A stretch of 61,815 nucleotides of DNA, counting the filler, from Nitrospinota bacterium (GTDB lineage Bacteria > JAUXIQ01), in assembly GCA_030620925.1 (NCBI GenBank). It is 10 parts of 10 records of this genome, joined end to end, with 100 filler letters (N's around TTAATTAATTAA, not from the genome) between each part and the next. Parts side by side here need not be neighbours in the genome. Positions count along the whole stretch, not along the records: positions 27,728 to 31,614 come from JAUXIQ010000272.1; positions 31,715 to 35,383 come from JAUXIQ010000292.1; positions 35,484 to 39,813 come from JAUXIQ010000231.1; 7 more parts are not named here. One strand, 5' to 3'. Each line of letters opens with the position of its first letter. Position 1 is the stretch's first letter. The position numbers were made by a program, and so were the translations under genes. The notes under the pieces are model-generated. The model was not told the origin of the DNA. It searched no databases and was given only the letters and a program-made list of their open reading frames with translations. This document shows positions 27,807 through 37,656 of this stretch, in pieces.

Positions 27807-29765
27807 ATGTGCGCATTATACGATGAAGTGAGTATAAAGAAGAACGTCTTCATACCCATGCGCGACGGCGTGGAACTTGCCGCCGACCTGTTTCTGCCGC
27901 AGACCGACGAACCGCTGCCCGCGATATTCAGCTACTATCCCTACCACAAGGACGATTACATAGGCGTGGGGTACAGGGAGAGCTTTACTGAAATAGCGCG
28001 ACGCGGGTACGCGGGTATCATCCTCGACATCCGGGGGACGGGCGGCTCCGAGGGGAAGGCCGCGGAGATGATGTCCTTCAAGGAGCAAGAGGACGGATAC
28101 GACGCCGTGGAGTGGATGGCCCGGCAGGAATGGTGCGACGGCAGGGTAGGGCAGTGGGGCATGTCTTACGGCGGGTTTACCTCTCTCCTGGTGGCCGCTC
28201 AGCAGCCGCCCCACCTGGCCGCCATTGCGCCGACCTTCGCAGGCATGAACATCTACCTCGATTTCGCTTACCCCGGCGGCAGGGCCAATATGCTGAACCT
28301 TGCCGGGGGCTGGTGCGCCTGGATGCTGGTCATGAACGCCATGCCGCCCATGCACAGGGATGGCGAGGGACGCTGGATGCGCCTGTGGAAGGAGCGACTG
28401 GAAGACTACGCTCCCTACTTGCTGTCTATGATAGACAACCCTGTTTACAACGGGGTCTGGGAGCAGGGCAGCCCTGAGCTGGTCTGCGATAAGATAAGCG
28501 TACCTACCCTCCTTATCGGCGGATGGAGGGATATATTCCCCGAGGCCATGGTGCGCTGCTATGAGGCGCTTCGCTGCACCAAGAAGCTCATCATGGGCCC
28601 CTGGATGCACGATTTCCCCAACCGTTCCCTGCTCCCCCGCATCGACGGGTTCGGAGAAATTATGCGCTGGTTCGACCAGCACCTGAAGGGCGTCGACACG
28701 GGCATAATGGAGGAGCCGCCGGTCTCCATCTACGTTCAGGGGCTGGATGAATGGCGTTACGAGGAGGATTGGCCTGTCCCCGGCGCCACCGGCGCGGAGT
28801 TTCAGTTAGGCGGGGAAAGCATGTCGCTGGAAGGGGCGGCCCCTGAGGAAATCGATTCACAGACCCTGTCTCACGACCCCACCGTGGGCGCCTCAGCGGG
28901 ATTGTGGAACCCCTTTGCCTTCAACATAGGTCTTCACCTGGACCAGCGGGAGGATGATGCAAGGTCGCTTAGCTTCGCCTCTCCTCCGTTAAACGAAGAC
29001 CTCGAAATCGTCGGCTCTCCGCGCCTCACGGTGCACGTCTCAACCGATATACCCGACGCCGTTGTGGTAGCGAAATTGTGCGACGTGGCCCCCGATGGTG
29101 GCTCCACCCTTATAACCTCCGCATGGCTGAACCTCACTCACAGAGATTCCCACCAATTCCCTTCGCCCATCACGCCTGGCGAAGTTTACAAGGTGGAGAT
29201 GAGCCTGTGGGCCACCTCCTATCTGGTCAGGGCGGGGCATCGCTTGCGGTTGAATATAGCCACGGCGGATTTTCCGCGCATCTGGCCCTCTAAACACGAG
29301 GGCGGCCACAGGGTCTACTTCGGGGGAGGGTACGCCTCCTCCCTGGTCGTTCCGGTCAGACCATCCAGGGGGCCGTCACCTGCAATCCCTCCATACGAGG
29401 AGATACCTATGCCCCCCATACCGCCCGAGGTGACATTGTTTGAACCTCTTTGGAGCATAGAGCGGGACCTGTTGAAGGGCACGGTAACCGTCCATTCCGG
29501 CGCGGACAGGGAGATGATGCTGGAGGGCGGGGCCAGGCTCTTTACAGGCCACCGTTACAGCGCCAGCGCCAGAAAGGATGACCCCTCGGCATCGCAGGTG
29601 AAGGCCGAGGTGGAGAACGTCATCGAATTTCCGGACATGGAGATAGTTATGGAGGGTGCGGTCAACATCACCACCCACAGCGCGGTGATTTCACTGAACA
29701 TCACCGTGGACGGGCACCCTTTTTACCAGCAAAACTGGAGCCGCCAGGGAGTCATGGGGCTATAA
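27807..29765 (+). CDS. CocE/NonD family serine hydrolase; start uncertain (27798 or 27807)
   Basis: IPMRDGVELAADLFLP, DIRGTGGSEG, GMSYGG nucleophile elbow, GWRD, GPWMH, GHRLRL. Confidence 0.92.
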   Translation: MCALYDEVSIKKNVFIPMRDGVELAADLFLPQTDEPLPAIFSYYPYHKDDYIGVGYRESFTEIARRGYAGIILDIRGTGGSEGKAAEMMSFKEQEDGYDAVEWMARQEWCDGRVGQWGMSYGGFTSLLVAAQQPPHLAAIAPTFAGMNIYLDFAYPGGRANMLNLAGGWCAWMLVMNAMPPMHRDGEGRWMRLWKERLEDYAPYLLSMIDNPVYNGVWEQGSPELVCDKISVPTLLIGGWRDIFPEAMVRCYEALRCTKKLIMGPWMHDFPNRSLLPRIDGFGEIMRWFDQHLKGVDTGIMEEPPVSIYVQGLDEWRYEEDWPVPGATGAEFQLGGESMSLEGAAPEEIDSQTLSHDPTVGASAGLWNPFAFNIGLHLDQREDDARSLSFASPPLNEDLEIVGSPRLTVHVSTDIPDAVVVAKLCDVAPDGGSTLITSAWLNLTHRDSHQFPSPITPGEVYKVEMSLWATSYLVRAGHRLRLNIATADFPRIWPSKHEGGHRVYFGGGYASSLVVPVRPSRGPSPAIPPYEEIPMPPIPPEVTLFEPLWSIERDLLKGTVTVHSGADREMMLEGGARLFTGHRYSASARKDDPSASQVKAEVENVIEFPDMEIVMEGAVNITTHSAVISLNITVDGHPFYQQNWSRQGVMGL

Positions 29766-29777
29766 AGAGCACCGATA

Positions 29778-29807
29778 GCAGGGACGGGTTTAGAACCCGC
29801 CCACGAC
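29778..29807. repeat. Degenerate REP-type palindrome
   Basis: GCAGGGACGGGTTTAGAACCCGCCCACGAC, related to 51694-51722. Confidence 0.7.
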
Positions 29808-29818
29808 CACCAAGGAGA

Positions 29819-30493
29819 ATGAAGGATATGAAAATTTTAGACGAAATATATTTCTACCCCTGGGAGAGCATGACCGAGAACAACTGCAACACTGTCTTCA
29901 TAGACGGGGAAGTGCCCACCCTGGTGGACCCCGGCCATACCCATCTCCTGGGTCAGCTTTTTGAGGACATGGAGGCGGACGGAGTATCCCCGGACGACGT
30001 CAAACTGGTTATCAGCACCCACGGTCATCCTGACCACTGCGAGGGCAACGAATGGTTCAGGCAAAGAGGGGCGATGGTGGCCGTCAGCAAAGGAGAGGAT
30101 GATTTCCTCCGGGGTTCCGGCGGCGACATATACAGGTCCTTCGGGATGGAACCCCCCGAGACGGGACCCGACTTCTTCCTCCAGGAGGGAGAGCTTGACG
30201 TGGGAGCCCGCCGGGCGGAGGTGCTCATCACACCCGGGCATTCGCCCGCTTCGGCGTGCATCTACTTTGAACGGGAGAAAGCCTTGATAGCGGGGGACCT
30301 GATATTTCAGGGAGGAGTGGGAAGGGTGGACCTTCCCGGGGGTGACGCGGAGCAGCTTAAAGAGAGCATCGTCCGCGTGGCACAACTGGACATCGAACAT
30401 CTTTTCCCGGGGCATGGGCCGATCATCTCCGGCCAGGAGAACGTGATGGCCAATTTCGACTTTATTCAGCAGGCCTTTTTCCAGATGCTTTGA
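29819..30493 (+). CDS. MBL-fold metallo-hydrolase (glyoxalase II-like)
   Basis: THGHPDH, TPGHSP, AGDLIF, GRVDLPGGD, PGHG. Confidence 0.92.
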   Translation: MKDMKILDEIYFYPWESMTENNCNTVFIDGEVPTLVDPGHTHLLGQLFEDMEADGVSPDDVKLVISTHGHPDHCEGNEWFRQRGAMVAVSKGEDDFLRGSGGDIYRSFGMEPPETGPDFFLQEGELDVGARRAEVLITPGHSPASACIYFEREKALIAGDLIFQGGVGRVDLPGGDAEQLKESIVRVAQLDIEHLFPGHGPIISGQENVMANFDFIQQAFFQML

Positions 30494-30494
30494 T

Positions 30495-31076
30495 TCAGGT
30501 GCCCGATCCGGGCAATAAAGTTTTCAGGAGAGCGGCCCGCAGTTTATCCAGTTTAGCCTCATGGGCGGTGCGTAATTCCCGGGAGGCGACCCGCCATTCC
30601 TCGTCATCTTCTAAATTGGGCAGGAGCGCGCTCCCCCCAACGCCGCGCGCTTTCAGCTCTCCGAGGAGGGTTGAAGAACGTTGCTCCTCCGCTTTTGAGG
30701 ATTCGAGATCGAAAGCCTGAAGGATCGACTTGAGTTCTTCTAACTCTCTTCCAGCGTCTTCCCCCCCCAACGCCGTCAATCCCTCAATGGCCCGTTTGTT
30801 GTCCACCCCCGGTTCAATGGAGGAGAGCAATTCCTTAAGCATGGCTGAGCGGGTCTTCCCTCTCTCTTCTGCCTCGCCTTCTGAGAGCTCTTTCTCCAAC
30901 TCCCTGAGCTCTTTCTCACCATCGATATATTTTGCCACCAGACCCCTGGTTCTGGCGTCAAGCTCTTTTTCATTGAGCGCCCTGATCTCTTCCGGGGTCG
31001 CTTTCATTCCTGAAGTCTTCTCCAGGGCTATCTCCACTGCGCTCTTGATTTTGTCGTCTTCACCACTGGAATGCAT
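30495..31076 (-). CDS. Conserved-looking helical hypothetical protein
   Basis: Long ORF with genome-like codon use, rich in Glu/Lys/Leu. The N-terminal KIKSAVEIALEKT resembles an uncharacterised family recalled from Deltaproteobacteria/spirochaetes; not verified. Confidence 0.7.
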   Translation of the reverse strand: MHSSGEDDKIKSAVEIALEKTSGMKATPEEIRALNEKELDARTRGLVAKYIDGEKELRELEKELSEGEAEERGKTRSAMLKELLSSIEPGVDNKRAIEGLTALGGEDAGRELEELKSILQAFDLESSKAEEQRSSTLLGELKARGVGGSALLPNLEDDEEWRVASRELRTAHEAKLDKLRAALLKTLLPGSGT

Positions 31077-31307
31077 ACCACTTACCTTTTACCTTATGAC
31101 CGATGTGATTTGACACTAATTTATCACGAGTTGGCCCGTTTAGCTAAACTATTTTTGGCTCTTCCAACCGGTATGAGTTTATGCGATACCTGAGCTGCTC
31201 GCATCCCTGATACCCGCTGAAGGGTTTATGCTTTACAGTGTCCGTTTATTCCTATATCCTTCAGCACCGGTTTTGTTTCTTACAACCGTGGGGAGAAAGG
31301 ATAAACG

Positions 31308-31614
31308 ATGCCGGGTCATGATCTGTTTCAAAAGGTGAGCGACGGCGTTCATTATCTGTCCACCCTGGGGACAGTAACCACGCCGGGTAGCGGCTCCTAC
31401 GTCATCCGGGGAGAAAAGGTATACCTGGTGGAAACGGGCACCGAAGAGCTGGCTTCCCTTCTTCTCAGCTCGCTGGATAGCCTGGGGATAGACAGGGAAG
31501 ATGTAGCCGGTGTCATCGTCACTCACATCCATCTGGACCACTCGGGTGGGGCCGGTTGGCTGGTCCGTGAGTTGCCCTGGCTTAAAGTTTACGTGCACAA
31601 GAGTGGCGCCCGGC
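31308..31614 (+). CDS. MBL-fold metallo-hydrolase, 3'-truncated
   Basis: LVETG, VTHIHLDHSGGAG, VYVH. Confidence 0.85.
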
Positions 31615-31714
31615 NNNNNNNNNNNNNNNNNNNNNNNNNNNNNNNNNNNNNNNNNNNNTTAATTAATTAANNNNNNNNNNNNNNNNNNNNNNNNNNNNNN
31701 NNNNNNNNNNNNNN

Positions 31715-32543
31715 TACCCGCTTCGTCCGCCAGCTCCGCCATGACCCTGTTAACGGAGGCTATTCCTTTTTCGTGAAGCGTCTTGAGTCCGTCTTCGCTC
31801 ATCTGGGCGTAGGTTATGCGTGACATGAGGTCATGGCCGTGGTCTGACTGCTGGTTCAACGTGGAAGCTACCGCCAGCTCTTTTCCTTTTTCGAGGTCCA
31901 GTAGGTAGCCCACCACGGTAGTGGTCCCCATGTCCAGGGCCACTCCGTAGAGCCCTTTTTCGCTGTCTCCGGCCAGTTCCAGGATATCGTTTCCGTGCAA
32001 ATAAATGGAAAGGGGTTCCCCCTTTTTCCTGAGAATGCCGGGGAGCTCCTGGAATAGTTCACGCTTCGGGGGTTGCAGGGTAACGCCGAACTTTTCCTTT
32101 ACGGCATCTTTTACCCGTTCCCAGTCGGCCCGTTGATCCTCAAGGGAAGGTTCTGTCGGATCGAGCTCTATTTTTTTCAGGGCAGGGCTTAACTCCGTTT
32201 CTCTTCCAATCCCCTGAGTGAGTATCTGGAGGGACTCCGCCTCCCTTTGGGGTGTGGTGTCCACTGCGAGGTCGTCCGTCAGCTCTGTCTGGCAGGAGAG
32301 CCTGAGACCCTGATCCAGCTCCTGCTGGTTGAAGATAGTACTTTCCGCGGCGCTGGGCGTATAGGCGCCCTGGGTGATCCTGACCGCGCATCCCCCGCAA
32401 GTGCCCTGGCCGCCGCAGGGTGTTTCTATCTCCACCCCTGCGCGCCGCGCCGCGTGCACCAGTTTCTCCCCCGAAACGGCCTTCGTCTTCGTGTCCTGAG
32501 GGAGGAAGGTGACCGATATGTTACCTTTCGTCTCGCCGCTCAC
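31715..32543 (-). CDS. ATP-dependent reductive activator of corrinoid proteins (RACo/AcsV-type; 2Fe-2S plus ASKHA domain), 3'-truncated
   Basis: CGGQGTCGGC...RLSCQ ferredoxin domain; GVALDMGTTTVVGYLLDL; NQQ..GHDLMSRI. Confidence 0.9.
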
Positions 32544-32793
32544 CGCATCTCTCGATTATTTAGATTGACATCAAAACCGTTTATTATTTAACCTGTTTTC
32601 GGCCGTTTTGTCATTCCCGATTTGAAACCGCCGATGCCGGAAAGGTAGGGCTTCCTGGGAGCGCCATGGATATTAAAGATACTGGAATATTCAAGCGGGC
32701 TGAAAACTCATGCATAAGTATAATAGAATGGGAATCGATTTTCCACTCTGTTTATTGCAGGTGAAATGATTCATGAAAAGAGGGGGGCAAAAA

Positions 32794-33771
32794 TTGAAAC
32801 CCAACGTAGTAGTTACCAGGATTCTACCTCAGCGGGCGATGGACATGGTAACCGCCGAATGTGATACCGATATGAACGAGAAGGATGTGCGATATTCCAA
32901 GAAGAAGCTGATGGATTGCGTAAAAGGCAAAGCGGGAATGATCTGTCTGCTCACCGACGAGATAGACACCGAGGTGGTGGAAGCCTGCCAGGGGATGAAG
33001 GTGATCGCCAACGTGGCGGTGGGTTACAACAACGTAGCCGTGAACGCCGCCAGCGAGAAAGGCATATTGGTGACCAATACTCCCGGCGTGCTCACTGAGA
33101 CTACGGCGGACCTGGCCTGGTCGCTGATTATGACCACCGCTCGCAGGCTGGTGGAAGGGGACAAGTATCTGCGGGCGGGCAAGTGGAAGGAGTGGGGGCT
33201 CAACCTGCTGCTGGGAGGCGACGTTTACGGCAAGACCCTGGGCATAGTCGGTTTCGGCCGCATAGGGAAGGCCATAGCCAGACGGGCCAGGGGGTTCGAC
33301 ATGATGGTCCTTTACAACGATGATAATCGCGCCGATGCGACCGTGGAAAAGGACCTGGGCGCGAGTTATGCCGACATGGACCTGCTCCTCAGGGAGTCTG
33401 ATTTCGTAACCCTCCACGTCCCGCTGACAGAGAACACGCACCACCTGATAAGCGAGCAGGAGCTATCCATGATGAAACCGGACTCCTATCTCATTAACAC
33501 CTCCAGAGGGCCCGTGGTGGATGAAGCGGCCCTGGTCGCCGCTCTTAAAGACGGGAACATCGCCGGGGCCGGCCTCGACGTGTTCGAGAGGGAGCCTCAG
33601 GTGGAAAAAGGGTTGCTTAAATTGGACAACGTGGTGTTGCTCCCCCACCTGGGCAGCGCATCAGTGGCCACCAGAACCAAAATGGCCACCATGGCTGTGG
33701 AGAACCTTCTCGCCGCGCTTAAAGGCGAGCGACCTCCCAATGTCGTCAACCCTGAGGTTATGGATAGATGA
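32794..33771 (+). CDS. D-2-hydroxyacid dehydrogenase (glyoxylate reductase/D-glycerate dehydrogenase)
   Basis: AVGYNN, VTNTPGVLTETTAD, GFGRIG, INTSRG, LDVFEREP, PHLGSAS; TTG 32794 after RBS GAGGGGG. Confidence 0.93.
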   Translation: MKPNVVVTRILPQRAMDMVTAECDTDMNEKDVRYSKKKLMDCVKGKAGMICLLTDEIDTEVVEACQGMKVIANVAVGYNNVAVNAASEKGILVTNTPGVLTETTADLAWSLIMTTARRLVEGDKYLRAGKWKEWGLNLLLGGDVYGKTLGIVGFGRIGKAIARRARGFDMMVLYNDDNRADATVEKDLGASYADMDLLLRESDFVTLHVPLTENTHHLISEQELSMMKPDSYLINTSRGPVVDEAALVAALKDGNIAGAGLDVFEREPQVEKGLLKLDNVVLLPHLGSASVATRTKMATMAVENLLAALKGERPPNVVNPEVMDR

Positions 33772-33923
33772 GCAGGCTTTGAATGGAGGGAAAGCGGGCG
33801 GGGGTCGCTTTCGAGGTGAGGCCGCAGCAGGGAGAGACTTCAGAGATGGTGATAGCCGACTCAAAGCAGACCCTAAGAGTCCGCATGGTCACTTACCTAA
33901 ATAAAATGTCGGAATTTTCCGGG

Positions 33924-35030
33924 TCAGGGTTTGACGACGTTTTCCGTCTCGGGATCGAAGAGGTGGATTTTTTCTTTATCGAAACATATCTTGATGTTAC
34001 CCCCGATGCGAGCGGAAGTTTTAGGGTTCACCTCGGCCACAAAGCTCAATTCGCCTATTTTCAGCTCGAGGACGACGTTCGACCCGAGCGGCTCATAGAC
34101 TTCAACGTCGGCCGAGATGGATTGGGAAACGCTGGGAACGTGGGAGCTGAATTCAAAGTCGTGTATATCTTCGGGCCTTATTCCCACGTTCACCTCTTTG
34201 CCGTTGTACTGCTGCGCCATTCCGTTCATTTCCGGAGGTAAGTCCACGGAAAAAGATTTGAAGTCTGCTGTGTAATTGGAACCGTTCTGCTTGATGAATC
34301 CGTTTAAGAAATTCATCGCAGGGCTGCCGATGAAACCGCCCACAAACTTGTTGATCGGATTGTTGTAAAGCTCCAGAGGGCCTCCTACCTGTTGTATCAC
34401 ACCGTCCTTCATCACCACTATGCGGTCGCCCATGGTCATGGCTTCCACCTGATCGTGGGTAACGTATATCATGGTGGCGTCCAGGCGGTGGTGCAACTTT
34501 ATCAGTTCTGACCGCATCTGAACCCGCAACTTGGCGTCGAGGTTGCTGAGAGGCTCATCCAACAAGAATACCGCCGGGTTTCTCACTATGGCGCGGCCCA
34601 CTGCTACTCGCTGTCTCTGTCCTCCCGAAAGCTGCTTGGGCCTCCGTTGAAGAAGTTCTTCTATGCCCAATATTCTGGCGGCGTTATTAACTCTCTCGAC
34701 TATTTCCGATTTACTAAACTTCCTGATTTTAAGACCAAAGGCCATGTTGTTGTAAACGGTCATGTGTGGGTAGAGGGCGTAGTTCTGGAACACCATGGCT
34801 ATGTCGCGGTCCTTGGGTGGAACGTTGGACACGGCTCTATCGCCGATATATATCTCGCCCTGGTTCGCATCTTCCAGGCCGGCGATGCATCGCAGGGTGG
34901 TGGTTTTACCGCAACCCGATGGCCCCACAAGGACCGTGAATTCCCTGTCCGGTATGGTGAGGCTTATGTTGTTTACAGCGACGACTTCGTCGAATTGTTT
35001 AACCAGATTTTCTAAGACGACCTGGGCCAT
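33924..35030 (-). CDS. Carbohydrate ABC transporter ATP-binding protein (MalK/UgpC/MsmX family), stand-alone
   Basis: GPSGCGKTT, VFQNYALYPHM, LSGGQRQR, DEPLSNLDAKLR, YVTHDQ, C-terminal TOBE region. Confidence 0.95.
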   Translation of the reverse strand: MAQVVLENLVKQFDEVVAVNNISLTIPDREFTVLVGPSGCGKTTTLRCIAGLEDANQGEIYIGDRAVSNVPPKDRDIAMVFQNYALYPHMTVYNNMAFGLKIRKFSKSEIVERVNNAARILGIEELLQRRPKQLSGGQRQRVAVGRAIVRNPAVFLLDEPLSNLDAKLRVQMRSELIKLHHRLDATMIYVTHDQVEAMTMGDRIVVMKDGVIQQVGGPLELYNNPINKFVGGFIGSPAMNFLNGFIKQNGSNYTADFKSFSVDLPPEMNGMAQQYNGKEVNVGIRPEDIHDFEFSSHVPSVSQSISADVEVYEPLGSNVVLELKIGELSFVAEVNPKTSARIGGNIKICFDKEKIHLFDPETENVVKP

Positions 35031-35184
35031 TTGTTATTCTCCTCCCCGACCTTACCCTGTGAAAAAGGATTTCTGTGAAGAAACCATTATGGCCGGTTTT
35101 TGTTTTAACAGAGAGAGTTTGAATTCCCTCCATCAGTCATGAAAAAGAGAATTATATCGTTAAACAAATGTTATGCAAGTCATT

Positions 35185-35213
35185 CTTATAACAGAGCTTT
35201 CATGGGCTGTCAA
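35185..35213 (-). promoter_or_regulatory. Sigma70-type promoter of the MalK-like gene
   Basis: Minus strand: TTGACA, 17 nt spacer, TATAAG, with extended -10 TG. Confidence 0.6.
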
Positions 35214-35326
35214 TCGTTTTTATCCCATGTTTTCTAACTTTACGGTAGATTTTCCCGACAGGGTTTATCTTGAAAATAAGCGGGATGTCTCTACGAGTGG
35301 TTGTATTTCATAGGTTACTAGAGTTT

Positions 35327-35383
35327 CCCTCCCTTGACCCCGCCTGCCGCGGGGCAGGGGTGGAGGGGAAAAAGGGAGGGTGA
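35327..35383. repeat. CCCTCCCTTG...AAGGGAGGGTGA palindromic repeat carrying an internal CCCCGC-N5-GCGGGG hairpin, at a contig end
   Basis: Outer arms CCCTCCCTT and AAGGGAGGG; inner CCCCGC-CTGCC-GCGGGG at 35338-35354. Confidence 0.7.
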
Positions 35384-35483
35384 NNNNNNNNNNNNNNNNN
35401 NNNNNNNNNNNNNNNNNNNNNNNNNNNTTAATTAATTAANNNNNNNNNNNNNNNNNNNNNNNNNNNNNNNNNNNNNNNNNNNN

Positions 35484-36109
35484 ACAAGGGCATTACCATG
35501 TTCATCGTGCCCATGGACTCGGAGGGGATTTCAGTCCGGCCCATATGGACATTGGGCGGAGGCAGGGTAAACGAGACCTTTTTCGAGGGCGTGCGCGTTT
35601 CCAGGGAAGCTGCAGTGGGAGATGTAAATCGCGGCTGGCACTATATAACCACCCATCTGGACTATGAGCGCTCGGGCACTTATGCAGTGGGCCTGGCCAG
35701 GAAAGCTCTCGAACAGGTTATCGACTACGTAAAGGAAAACGGGAGTGGGGGAGGAGGCATAGGCAAAGACCCCCTCATCCGCCAGAAACTGGCCCGCCTG
35801 GAGGCGGAGCTGGAAGTGGCCAGGCTCTTGGCCTACAGGGTCTCCTCCATGCAGAGCAATGGCCTCATCCCCAACACCGAATCGTCAATGACCAAACTCT
35901 ACACCCATGAGCTGATCCAGAGGATCGCCCATAGCGGTTTGCAGATAATGGACCTTTACGGGATGCTTAATCGTAAGTCACAGCGCGCCCCCCTGGGGGG
36001 TTCCATAGAGTCTCTTTTCCGGGGCTCGGTAGCGGGCACCATCGCTGCCGGCAGCTCTGAAATACAAAAGTTGATAATAGCGGGTCGGGGCCTGGGCTTG
36101 ACCAGGTAG
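35484..36109 (+). CDS. Acyl-CoA dehydrogenase, C-terminal half (5'-truncated)
   Basis: KGITMFIVPMD..GISVRPI, NETFFEGVRV, LDYERSG, TIAAGSSEIQK. Confidence 0.92.
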
Positions 36110-36166
36110 CCTTCCGGGCGGCCCCGGGATGAAGAGGTCGGCCGATAAAGAGTCAGAAGGACAGCA

Positions 36167-36511
36167 ATGGGGCGTGAGGACAGACGATACCACAGGATAG
36201 AATACTTCGATGAATACAGGCCGCAATTATTGATCACGGTGAAGAAGGGGGAAAAGAAGAGCGGTTGGAAGAGCTATAAAGTGCTGGATGTCAGCGAAAA
36301 GGGGTTGAGAATAGCGGAGGATGATGTCGGCGGATTAAGGCTTCAATCGGAATTTGAGGCGCAGATAACTTTTTCCGACGGCGAATCGTATGACATGGAA
36401 GGAAAGGTGTTAAGGGTGGTCAACAATAATGAGTTAGGTGTCTATCTTACAAGGGGTATCCCTTTATCAAGGATAATGAAGGAGCAAAAACTTTTGAAGA
36501 GTTTAGGCTGA
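36167..36511 (+). CDS. Stand-alone PilZ domain protein (putative c-di-GMP receptor)
   Basis: RRYHR (RxxxR) and DVSEKG (DxSxxG) motifs; EGKVLRV. Confidence 0.85.
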   Translation: MGREDRRYHRIEYFDEYRPQLLITVKKGEKKSGWKSYKVLDVSEKGLRIAEDDVGGLRLQSEFEAQITFSDGESYDMEGKVLRVVNNNELGVYLTRGIPLSRIMKEQKLLKSLG

Positions 36512-36680
36512 TATTGTTTTTTAAAGAGGGCAGGATACTGCGACCCTCCGAGATAGGAGATGCCGAGGGTTTAGAGGTCGGACGTTTTCAACCGGGCCGG
36601 CCGAAGCTTGATGAAGGACCGAGCTGGAATATCGTCAAGGGTGGATTTGGCCAGGCAGCAATAAGTTTGGAGGGGTGAAA

Positions 36681-37001
36681 ATGGAGGATGATAGGAGACA
36701 GTATCAAAGGATAAAATATCCCGATGAATCGAGGCCGATATTGGTGATAGGGATAGAGAACGGTGAGGAGGAGTACGAGGGGAAGGAGTACAGTGTAATC
36801 GATATTAGCGAGAAGGGAATCCGATTAACGGGCGACGAAATCAGCGGATTGAAGTTTAGGTCCAGGATCGAGGCGCAAATAACATTTTCCGATGGTGAAT
36901 CAGTGGACGTGGAAGGTGAAGTGTTGAGGGTTATCGGTAATCAAGTAGCCCTTTACCTGTCAAAAGGCCTTTCATTTTCAAGAATTATACAAGGATTATA
37001 A
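36681..37001 (+). CDS. Stand-alone PilZ domain protein, tandem paralog with frameshifted C-terminus
   Basis: RQYQR and DISEKG motifs; EAQITFSDGES is shared with the upstream paralog. Confidence 0.85.
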   Translation: MEDDRRQYQRIKYPDESRPILVIGIENGEEEYEGKEYSVIDISEKGIRLTGDEISGLKFRSRIEAQITFSDGESVDVEGEVLRVIGNQVALYLSKGLSFSRIIQGL

Positions 37002-37158
37002 GACAGAAAAGACTGGTAGTAAATTTACGATAAAGTTATAAAAGATAAGTTTTTTATACCGGAGTCAGAATTTAGAAATCGATGACGCCATACGGTCTGG
37101 TATCATATAATAGAGGGAAAGAGTCGGGGAATCATCTTATATCCCGGGGAAGGATAAA

Positions 37159-37575
37159 ATGCGCTTGGTAAAAGATTACATGAGCACAGACGTGATAACC
37201 GTGGACCTGGACGAGAACTTCCGGCTGGCCGAGGACATCATGAAGATGGGGCGCATAAGGCACCTGCCGGTCATGAAAGACGGAAAGCTGATGGGTATGG
37301 TCACTCAGCGCGACCTGTTCAAGGCATCTCTGAGCCATCTGTTGGAGCACACCAAGAACGATGTCGACCTCTTCGAACAGTCGGTGAACATGAAAGAGAT
37401 CATGAGCGATCAGGTGATGGCCGTGCGTCCGGACACACCTCTTAAAGAAGCGGCGTCCCTCATGCTCACCAAAAAGATCGGATGCCTGGCGGTAGTGGAC
37501 GAAAAGGAGCATCTCCTGGGTCTGATTACCGAGTCTGACGTCCTCCGGTGCTACGTGCTTGAAATAAACGAATGA
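37159..37575 (+). CDS. CBS-domain pair protein
   Basis: VKDYMS, IRHLPV, GMVTQRDL, KIGCLAVVD, GLITESD. Confidence 0.92.
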   Translation: MRLVKDYMSTDVITVDLDENFRLAEDIMKMGRIRHLPVMKDGKLMGMVTQRDLFKASLSHLLEHTKNDVDLFEQSVNMKEIMSDQVMAVRPDTPLKEAASLMLTKKIGCLAVVDEKEHLLGLITESDVLRCYVLEINE

Positions 37576-37656
37576 GATTCAGCCTTCGTCCATAGCACCA
37601 GCGGCAAAATCGTAGACCCCTACCAGAATTTTACCCCGATTCCATCAGGAGGCATT

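Noticed and set aside
32560..32770. Cobalamin riboswitch upstream of the corrinoid activase
   Set aside because: No B12-box consensus is recognisable on either strand.
36512..36680. Hairpins upstream of the second PilZ gene as a c-di-GMP riboswitch
   Set aside because: Class I and class II consensus elements were not found.
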